Positions 51,426-60,971 of a DNA stretch of 64,000 bases are shown in pieces. The position numbers were made by a program, and so were the translations under genes. The notes below the pieces were generated by a model, which ran no database searches, was not told the DNA's origin, and was given only the letters and a program-made list of their open reading frames with translations. Numbering within the stretch: the stretch's first letter is position 1; each line of letters opens with the position of its first letter. Origin of the DNA: Macrostomum lignano (Eukaryota); the NCBI GenBank assembly GCA_002269645.1, contig NIVC01002897.1, positions 62,001-126,000 of the forward strand. The letters are read 5' to 3'.

Positions 51426-51469
51426 CTGTTAGGCACAGGGCTGAGAGGGGGGGGCAGGAAGGAGAGGGA

Positions 51470-52155
51470 GTCAGGGGTGAGAGGGAGACAGGGGTGAGAG
51501 GGAGACAGGGGTGAGAGGGAGACAGGGGTAAGAGGGAGACAGGGGTGAGAGGGAGACAGGGGTGAGAGGGAGACAGGGGTGAGAGGGAGACAGGGGTGAG
51601 AGGGAGACAGGGGTGAGAGGGAGACAGGGGTGAGAGGGAGACAGGGGTGAGAGGGACACAGGGGTGAGAGGGAGACAGGGGTGAGAGGGAGACAGGGGTG
51701 AGAGGGAGACAGGGGTGAGAGGGAGACAGGGGTGAGAGGGAGACAGGGGTGAGAGGGAGACAGGGGTGAGAGGGAGACAGGGGTGAGAGGAAGACAGGGG
51801 TGAGAGGGAGACAGGGGTGAGAGGGAGACAGGGGTTAGAGGGAGACAGGGGTGAGAGGGACACAGGGGTAAGAGGAAGACAGGGGTGAGAGGGAGACAGG
51901 GGTGAGAGGGAGACAGGGGTGAGAGGGAGACAGGGGTGAGAGGGAGACAGGGGTAAGAGGAAGACAGGGGTGAGAGGGAGACAGGGGTGAGAGGGAGACA
52001 GGGGTTAGAGGGAGACAGGGGTGAGAGGGACACAGGGGTAAGAGGAAGACAGGGGTTAGAGGGAGACAGGGGTGAGAGGGAGACAGGGGTGAGAGGGAGA
52101 CAGGGGTGAGAAGGAGACAGAGGTTAGAGGAAGACAGGGGTGTGAGGGACACAGG
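51470..52155. repeat. 17-bp minisatellite (GGGGTGAGAGGGAGACA) immediately upstream of the CDK8 acceptor
   Basis: 17-bp period; pyrimidine-rich on the CDK8 sense strand. Confidence 0.97.
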
Positions 52156-53054
52156 GTGATGATAAGCATTCTCAAACTACTCTCAAACGAAGAAGCATAC
52201 GCAAACAAAGGTGAAATAAATAAATTCTGACAGATATAACAGTTTTATTATAATCAAGTTTAGAATTAAAACAGAGCAATAGAAGAAAGTGCATGGATTT
52301 ATGTATCAATTCACACAAAAATTATAATAGAATTTTACTAATCATAGTCGCAATGCTACTTGTAAGTTAATAGGCATAAACAGGGTACACAGCCCCCCCC
52401 CCCAACCCTAGAGACCAACTGAGCTAATAATGTAATATAAAGTACAGCGTAGTCTATTATACAAAACAAGGTACTAAAGATAATTACAGGATGAAGAACA
52501 GCTACTGATGACACGCACAGTAGATATCGACATATTAAATAATTGTGAGCAATCTATTTAATTATATAAACAATTGCGAAAAAAGATGACCTGGAGCCAA
52601 ATCAAACAACAATAAAAGTTTATCCACACAAAGCAGGCTACTGGCCAACAAAAAGCAGTAAGCTACTCAGTTTGCCCATTGATAGTAGCATGATAAGCGT
52701 GTGACACAAATTCAGAAGGAAAGACTTATTAAAAATGTATAAAAATTAAAATTTGAAGCTAAAATAAACTGTACATTACTTAACCCACCGTAATACTGTA
52801 TTAATATATTGTTATATAGCCTTTTCTTATGCTGCTATGCCAGCAATTTATTAATATACTGTATATTTACAAAATTGACGTTTAAGTAGAAACATTTTCG
52901 AGTACAGAAGCGTAGAAGCAATCGATAAACAGATCCCACACCAAAGAGAGGCATAGAGTGAAAGAACGAACAGTAATCATAAAAATGGTGCGAGAAATAC
53001 ATGCGAATTTTATTGCAGTATGTTATCACACATCACGGAAGTCGGAAGTCGAAT

Positions 53055-53605
53055 TTCAGAGGGGAGAGGGCGACTCTCATGGGGTGGATTTCAGAGGGGA
53101 GAGGGCGATTCTCAACGGGCGGATTATAAAGAGGAGAGGGCGACTCTCAAGGGGCGGATTTCAAAGGGGAGAGGGCGACTCTCAAGGGGCGGATTTCAAA
53201 GGGGAGAGGGCGACTCTCAAGGGGCGGATTTCAGAGGGGAGAGGGCGACTCTCAAGGGGCGGATTTCAAAGGGGAGAGGGCGACTCTCAAGGGGCGGATT
53301 TCAAAGGGGAGAGGGCGACTCTCAAGGGGCGGATTTCAAAGGGAGAGGGCGACTCTCAAGGGGCGGATTTCAAAGGGGAGAGGGCGACTCTCAAGGGGCG
53401 GATTTCAAAGGGGAGAGGGCGACTCTCAAGGGGCGGATTTCAAAGGGGAGAGGGCGACTCTCAAGGGGCGGATTTCAAAGGGGAGAGGGCGACTCTCAAG
53501 GGGCGGATTTCAAAGGGGAGAGGGCGACTCTCAAGGGGCGGATTTCAAAGGGGAGAGGGCGACTCTCAAGGGGCGGATTTCAAAGGGGAGAGGGCGATTC
53601 TAAAG
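53055..53605. repeat. 35-bp minisatellite (GGGGAGAGGGCGACTCTCAAGGGGCGGATTTCAAA) downstream of TOPORS
   Basis: 35-bp period; each unit has a GGGGCGG GC-box-like motif and a GAGAG/CTCTC mini-stem. Confidence 0.95.
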
Positions 53606-53830
53606 GGGCCTATTTTTCAAATTGTTTAAGAATCCTTGTTCAATAAAACAAATTTGAAGCTCCATACTGATTGATTGAATTACACATTCATAAAGAAATA
53701 ATGAAAAGGACCTAGGAAAGCAAATCGGCATTGGGAACAGAACGAGAATAGTCTATATACTTATAGATGCATGTAATGGACATACAAATCAATTTGAAAG
53801 TGTGCAGGGTCTAGCAGGTCCCATAGATCA

Positions 53831-55365
53831 TCAATCTTCTCCAACGTCTCCGTCTTGTTGAACAGCCGGCACCGAGGCTTGAGAAGGAGAAGAAGCAGCA
53901 GGAGCTGGCATTTCCGAGGCGCCATTTTCGCGCCGTCGGCGCCTCAGCAGTCGGCGCCGACTGGGCAGCCAGTCGGAACCGTCGCGGGGTAGGTCTTCGC
54001 CGCTGACGACGTTCAAGTCATCAAATAGCGGTCGCCAACGAGTTGTTGTTGTTCTTGTTGTTGTTGTTGCCGACGATACCGACTGAGATGAAGAAGACGC
54101 CGAGGCCAATGAGGCGATGCGTACCTCGCCCCGAGCTGCCGCCGCATTAGCCGTAGGAGCTGTTGGAGTCGCATTGAGCAGGTGAGACAGCAACGGCGTA
54201 GCGGCAATCGGATCCCTAACTGGGCTTCGGCGCTTTGGCGTGTTCAAAATATTCGACCGTCTCTGCTGAGACGATGAGGCATCGGAAGCAGAAGACGCCC
54301 CGGCAGCGGAAGTTGATAAAGGCGACGGCCTGCTATCATTGGCATCTGGCAGAGGCGGAGAAGCTGCCGACGAAGAAGACGACGAGACAGCAACTGCAGC
54401 GGCGGCAGCTGCGGCTACAACAGCTTCGAATGGCGCTAGCAGTGCCGCTCCTAAGAAATTAAAGTCGCCACTGTTATTATCAGTAGTATTGGTAGCGTTA
54501 GTTGACTGTCTACCGCTAGTCGATGTTGTAGAATAGTCAACGCCGTTCGGTGGCCAAGGACTGGACGGCCTTCGTCGATGCTGCTGCTGCTGCTGATCTC
54601 TGTTCTGCTCCCTGGCATCAAATAAGTCGTTACTGAATTGCCAACTAACCGAATGCAGCAACTGCATGTAGTTAATAACGCCACTGCTGCTACTATTACT
54701 ACTACTGCCACTTCCAGTAGTATCAGTAGCATTTAAACCAGCCGAAACCTGGCGTTCGCTGGCGGCGGCTAGCCGAGTCAGAATCATCGGCCGTTGACGC
54801 GGAGTCAGCGCGGTGAAATCGCGTTCACCCGGGCTGAGCGGCGACTCGGCGTCTGTCTCCAGCGGTGTCGGGCCCGGCCGGACGTTCCTGGCCACTCGTT
54901 TGAGCTCGACGCTTAGCAAAGGATCATTATCCTCTAGTTGATTGTGCTCTTTAATATCGCCATCATCAACTCGGACGTACTTCACCGCGGCATCGTACTG
55001 AGCCAGAGTTGGCTGACAATCAACAGCGCCAGAGAAATGCGCCAAATGAACGCAGAACAGCCGGCCATGGCGGCCTAAATACGCTTTGGCTAGTCTGTGA
55101 AACACGGCCGAGTCCAGTTCGTGATAACCTACTAATCGGAGCAGATGGTGCACGATTCTCTGCATGGAGAAGGAGTCGTAGCGGGTCAGCGTGCGAAGCT
55201 CGCGAAGGAGGAACGGCACCAAGCGATGGCGTTCAGCTTCGTTGGTTTCGAAGCGAGCGGCCGTGACTTGGACGGCTTGGGGGTCCGGCACCGGGCGGAA
55301 CCCGCGCAGGTACAGCAGGTGACGGTTCGAACTGGTTAGGGGACACGGCAGCGGCTGGTCCGAGT
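53831..55365 (-). CDS. TOPORS: TOPORS coding exon 2 (conserved post-RING domain, Ser/Ala/Arg-rich tail)
   Basis: RHLLYLRG...HRLVPFLLRELRTL...VHLAHFSG...AQYD aligns with the TOPORS motif LHRLVPWLKREL. Acceptor CCTTTCCAACTCGGCAG|AC fits the phase-1 donor. Joined CDS 2322 nt (773 aa). Confidence 0.85.
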
Positions 55366-55444
55366 CTGCCGAGTTGGAAAGGGAATAGGGATTCTGCGCG
55401 TGAGAACTTCTGGCAATTTTGATTGGAGTCTGAGGATCTTAGAG

Positions 55445-55930
55445 GCTGTTGGCCCAGCAACTCAGGATCTGGGAGGCTGGCCCAGCAACTGAGGATCTGG
55501 GAGGCTGGTGGCCCAGCAACTGAGGATCTGGGAGGCTGGTGGCCCAGCAACTGAGGATCTGGGAGGCTGGTGGCCCAGCAACTGAGGATCTGGGAGGCTG
55601 GCCCAGCAACTGAGGATCTGGGAGGCTGGACCAGCAACTGATGATCTGGGAGGCTGGACCAGCAACTGAGGATCTGGGAGGCTGGACCAGCAACTGATGA
55701 TCTGGGAGGCTGGACCAGCAACTGAGGATCTGGGAGGCTGGTGGACTAGCAACTGATGATCTGGGAGGCTGGCCCATCAACTGGTGATCTGGGAGGCTGG
55801 CCCAGCAACTAAGAATCTGGGAGGATGGCCCAGCAACTAAGAATCTGGGAGGATGGCCCAGCAACTGAGTAACTGGGAGGCTGGTGGCCCAGCAACTGAG
55901 TCACTGGGAGGCTGGTGGCCCAGCAACTGA
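55445..55930. repeat. 28/31-bp minisatellite (GGCCCAGCAACTGAGGATCTGGGAGGCT[GGT]) in the TOPORS intron
   Basis: GGCCC at 55451 and 55479. Confidence 0.95.
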
Positions 55931-56035
55931 AGATATTATAGGTGGCGAGAATCTAAGATAAGTATAGCTTCCAAACCAATTGATTGGGAACACATGGGTT
56001 AAGAATCTGTGCAGAATCCCCTAGCAACAGCTCAC

Positions 56036-56822
56036 CTCCGATCTCACGTTCCTCTTCGTATGGCAGTGCAGCGTCCCTGCTGGCGGTGAGCTCATCTTGG
56101 CTTAGCCTGAACTGCCGTTGCTGAGGAGAAAATTCGAACATGTTCTGCTGCTGCTGCTGGATAGAGACGCTCTGCCACACAGGCAATTCAGCGGCTTGCA
56201 AACCGGGGAAACGATTTGGCCGGGAAATATCCGGTTGCTGCTGCTGCTGCTGCTGCGGTTGAGCTCGCCTAGGCGACTCAAGCTCGGCTAAATCCTCCCG
56301 ATCTAAGAACGGTCTGTAGAGATGAAACGGTCCAGCCCGACTAGTGAACAGAGGAGCATTGTTAGGATTATTGCCCAGAGTCCACACCGGGGGCGGAGCC
56401 GGAGGCAGCGGCAGCGGCACCGGGTACTCATCGTAGTCGCTGTCGCTTCTAACATTATGAATAATAGTAGTAAAAGTACATTTGCACTGCGGGCACTCGG
56501 GTTTACGCTTGGCCCATTCTAACAGGCATCCGAAACAGTAACGATGCAGGCAGGACCAAGTATAGGACGGGTCCACCGGATCGCACAGGCAGATCGCGCA
56601 CCGATCAGTCTGCACTGTCAACTGTTGCCGACTTCGCTTTGTACAGCTGGGAGTGCAGTCCTCTTTGTCAGCACTGTCTGGCTCGCTAGGTTCGGCAGCG
56701 TCGCTTTGATGCAATGATCGGCGCAGTTTTCGTCGGACTTCGACGCTACCAGAAGTGGCGCAATCGGCTGTTGAACTCGACGAAGCCACCGTGGGTGCCG
56801 CTGAACTGTCGCTGGACGACAT
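56036..56822 (-). CDS. TOPORS: TOPORS coding exon 1 (C3HC4 RING E3 ubiquitin/SUMO ligase)
   Basis: CAICLCDPVDPSYTWSCLHRYCFGCLLEWAKRKPECPQCKCTFTTIIHNVRSDSDYDEY is a TOPORS-type RING plus extension. ATG at 56822 lies 6 nt after the acceptor CCCCAG. Donor G|GTGAGC. Confidence 0.88.
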
Positions 56823-56950
56823 TCGCGACTGGGGAGCATAAATATTGAGAATAAAAGGGCTGGGTTTTTTGAGGAAACAAATATCCCAACATCTGCACTC
56901 TACCACCTTAAATGTAAAACTCAAATCAAATGGTAACCTATAAGGTATCT

Positions 56951-57214
56951 TAGCTCGACCACAGCTATTGCACAGCACATCTGAAGGCTACATATGGCTG
57001 TTCATTCCACGGACTGGGAAGGAAGGGTTGCCATACTCAACCTCAATTATCCTAGCTAATGCTGGTATACCTATTTTATAGCTGGATGAGCTGAAAGAAT
57101 GCAAAGTAAAATGTTTTGCTCGAGGACACAAATTGTAATAGAGGGACTGGAATTCAAACCCCAACTTTCAAGTTATAGGTGGGATGCTCTAACTACTAGA
57201 CTATAATCAACTCC
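56951..57214 (-). mobile_element. SINE copy 4, diverged with CpG decay
   Basis: Colinear with copies 1 and 3, but CG is replaced by CA/TG at essentially all alignable sites. Confidence 0.8.
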
Positions 57215-59538
57215 AATGCTTTCAAAATAAATGTATATTCTTGACTTTTATTGACACAGAAAATGGGCCCATAATCCTGACTTTATAGGTCTATGCACAT
57301 AGATCCAAATGGTTACCTAAATTATTTATATTAGAAAATTTTAACAAATAATAACTAGCACTTGAGGTTTTTTAAACAAATATTATATTGAATCTAAGTC
57401 GAAATTTGCATTGTCATACTTCTGCAACAGCCAGTCAATCTAGCCAATAGAAACCTTAGTTGGCCAAGGGTAAGTTACAAATTTAACAACTAAAACATAA
57501 AAGATAAAAATAAAAAAATACACAAGAAACTGAAAACTTAAAGGAAAAGAAAAAATCACTATAGAGAAAAAAAGACAAAAATGAATAAGCAAGATGCACA
57601 AAAGATGAGAGACAACAGCTATTTTTTATAGCCAAAGTTAAAAGCCATTGTACATTATGTGTTTAAATTAACATTATAGATATGGCTACTTTTTTATTAG
57701 GATTATAGTTGTTTTGATGACAAGCAAATTTCATTTTGGCATGGTGACAAGAAAAAGACCTTTTCTGATAAGAGCCTTTCTGTTTTCAAACAGAAAACTA
57801 CCTTGCCAATCTTAAGGAATATTAAACCTAAAATTTTAATTTTCTGAAATGGTTTTAGTATTTAAGGTTTTAGCTTCAGTTTTAGCTTTAGCTCTAATGG
57901 TTTTAGCTTCATTTTAATTTTGTTCATTTATAATAACAGAGTTGCAATCTTTTGAATTCATGTTTTCTAAAACCAATGAATATTTATTTTTTTGTAGTTG
58001 ATATGCATGAAGATTTGGTTTAGTTTGGTTTATTTAGGGTTTATGTGTCTGAATATTCTGAAACAATTTAAAACAATCTGCATAAAAAACAATATAGCTT
58101 GTTTGATTTCTTTTCAAAATATACTATGCCTTAATAGAATTTTTGAATAAGTACAAAACATAAATCTTAACCAAATAACAACAAGCTGATACTATGAAGT
58201 ACCTCTTTTCACTAAAATGACTATACTCATTAAATCATTAAATCTTCATATTTATCACAATAGCAACTTGTCACTGAAATTACTATTTATTACCAAAATG
58301 TTTATCACCAAAATGACCAGTACCTTGTTTATTAGAGATTAGACAAGATCTTAATCTTCAATTGATTTTTAATATTATTAACATTTCAAAACTGATGATT
58401 TGAAGCTTTGTATAAGCCATAAGGTAATATGGCTTATACAAATTTAGTACCCAAATTTAGTATACAATACATTGGCATGGTATCCATGCTTTTTGGTCCT
58501 GCGCTTTTCAGTGCCTAGGATTTCAGTGCCCTAGCTTGCTTTTTGGTGCCCAAATTATACATTAGAATTAGACACAAAATATAGAAATTGAGCTCTAACT
58601 TAGCAGTAAGTGCTTTGTCTTTACAGTACTTATTTACTTGTAAAAACTGAGGTATTATTTATTTTGTTAAGCTGACCTGGCATTTTAATTCAAAAATGGT
58701 TTTTGACTAGGCCTAGTCGATTTGATTTACTTCTATGTCGCTATAGCTGCGCATCTCAGCCATGTAAAAAATTTAAACTAATGCCCCAAATGCGCTTCTA
58801 ATAAAATCTTATAGATTATGGTCCAATAGTTATGCCCCAAAAGATTTCAGTTCATTTAATAATACTCACTTCATTTCCTAGGCAGTTTTATCAGATAAAA
58901 CATGATTGTATAATTCAAAAAATCAATACTAACTAAAATACATGTAGACTTGTCACATTTCATAATTTTGATCAAAAGTACATATAGCATCACTGATGGA
59001 TTTTAACTTTACCTAACTAAGTCTTCATGGCCAGGGTCAGGATTGTGTACTGCTGTACACTGGAACAAAAATTGCTTCTATAGCTCATGCATGCCAATTG
59101 TATGCCAACAAACTTTTTATCACATACAAAAATATACCAAAATAAAAATTATGAATTACAAACAATATCTAAAGCTTGCAAAATTTTAATATTCAAAAAA
59201 CTTGTGTTAAAACTGTATTTTTTTATTTAACTGTAAAGAACTAGTTAATTTTAACTATTTTTGTTTGACTTTGAATTTCTTGGAAAAGTTAAACCCAGTT
59301 TTTTTAATTTAGTTTTCCATTTATTTTTGTAAAGGGCTAGCTATTCTTTTTGATCAAAATTTAGCTTCTGTAACTATGTACATGGAGACTATGACAAATG
59401 CAAACTTAATCATTTTTGCATGCTAATTGTGTAGATTGATTGTTGGGACTCGGAACTTTTGGTCCCACCTGCTGGTCTTGGCAATCTCTATAGGTCTACG
59501 CTAAGCTGTACACCAAGAGGGCAAGCCAGGCCCCTTTG

Positions 59539-60077
59539 GGATGCTTTCACAAGGTTGAAATTTCATAATGTCAAAAAGTAAACTATTTTACAAGGTCAAA
59601 CTTTCACAAGGTTGAAATTTCACAACATTGAAAACTCTAGCAGAAGACTTCATAAGGTTGAAATTTCACAAGGTCAAAATTTCATAAAATCGAAACTCAA
59701 ATAGCAACCATTTTCACAAGGTTGAAATTTCACAAGGTCAAAATTTCACATCGAAAACTCTAGCAGAAGACTTCATAAGGTCAAAATTTCATAACATTGA
59801 AAATTTAATAAAACAAGAACTATACATTAGTTTTCTACATTATGAAATTTCGATGTCATTATGACCTTATGACCTTATGAAATGAAATTATGACCTTATG
59901 AAATCCTTTGCTAAAGTTTTTGATGTTGTGAAATTTTGACCTTTGTGAAGTTTTAACCTTATGAAAATGTTGCTATTTGAGTTTTTGATGTTATGAAATT
60001 TTGACCTTGTAAAATTTCGATCTTGTGAAAGAAGGTGCTTTCAACGTTATGAAATTTTGAGTTTGTGAAATCCCCCT
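59539..60077. mobile_element. Foldback/MULE-like non-autonomous element with internally repetitive inverted arms
   Basis: The left arm repeats CACAAGGTCAAAATTTCATAA and the right arm holds its reverse complement, including CTCAAATAGCAAC/GTTGCTATTTGAG. A 9-bp direct repeat GCCCCTTTG flanks it at 59530..59538 and 60078..60086. Confidence 0.75.
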
Positions 60078-60859
60078 GCCCCTTTGTATGCCAAGTTGTA
60101 TGCCAATGGTATAAATTCTAGCATACATATATACCATCTGGAGTCTGGTTTCATGGTACTAGCACACTTGCTGAGTGCAACTAGCTTGTATTGTATATAT
60201 AGGATACAGCAAATGCATGCAATTAGGCCTAAATTGACTAGATTTTTCCAAATTTTAGAAACATGCCAATTGCCAGTTTAATAAAATGAATACTGCTTTT
60301 ATTTGGAATATTGAATGTTTTGCAAAGTAGTTATTATATTTGTTATAGGATTTCTTTTTTATTATCATTGGCCTAATTTTGGCATAATAAACTGGGGCAC
60401 CAAAAGGCAACCTTGGCCTTGGGTACCAAAATGCTGGGCATCAAAAAGCCTAGGCACCAAAATACATGGAAACCACTAGCATAAACCAAAAAAATTGGTC
60501 ATTTTTTCTAGGAAAGGCCTAGGGCCTACATATTGTTCTAAACTAGGCCTAGGCCTATATTGATAAGATAAAGGCCAAGGTCTTAATAAAGTAAAAAAAT
60601 TAAGTTTGTGACAAAAAAATTATGTCTATAAACTTCTATATGCCTTAAATCTATACTATCACTGACTTTGACTTGACACAAACTTTGAAAGTAAGCAAAA
60701 ATGTTAAAAAAATATGAAATTACAAAAACTTAAACTAAGTAAGAAGGATACATAGACTTTACACTACAGACAGTTTATTTTTTATCTAGACTGTAAATTT
60801 TTGTTCAACTATTGTCATTGAGTATTGATGTTTGGTTTATTTAGGTTTGCAATTTTAGG

Positions 60860-60971
60860 GGCGATCCTGAAGATTCCTGCATTTAATTATTTTACAGAAT
60901 TATTTCGCCCTCTATTCAAGGGTGGTAGGGGGTGGGGGTTATAATTAAATGCGGGAATCTTCAGGATTGCC
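60860..60971. mobile_element. 112-bp MITE-like element with 31-bp TIRs
   Basis: GGCGATCCTGAAGATTCCTGCATTTAATTAT and its reverse complement match at 29 of 31 positions. Flanks are ATTTTAGG and ATTTTAGC. Confidence 0.7.

Noticed and set aside
55393-55437. Alternative TOPORS exon 2 acceptors at 55437, 55429, 55409 and 55393
   Set aside because: Three are out of phase with the G|GTGAG donor. The one at 55437 is in phase but is a weak AAG site; 55365 has the better pyrimidine tract.
46097-55930. Consistent C-rich sense-strand bias of intronic arrays
   Set aside because: The CDK8 intron 3 arrays and the GPCR upstream array show the opposite bias, so there is no consistent pattern.
56823-56978. 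N-terminal extension of TOPORS given by the ORF track (MLCNSCGRAK...)
   Set aside because: It starts at a non-ATG codon inside SINE copy 4 and crosses a clear splice acceptor at 56829.
60181-60204. 24-bp TC...CTAG segment with A|T flanks on the minus strand
   Set aside because: Too short and lacks a hairpin; likely chance in AT-rich DNA.
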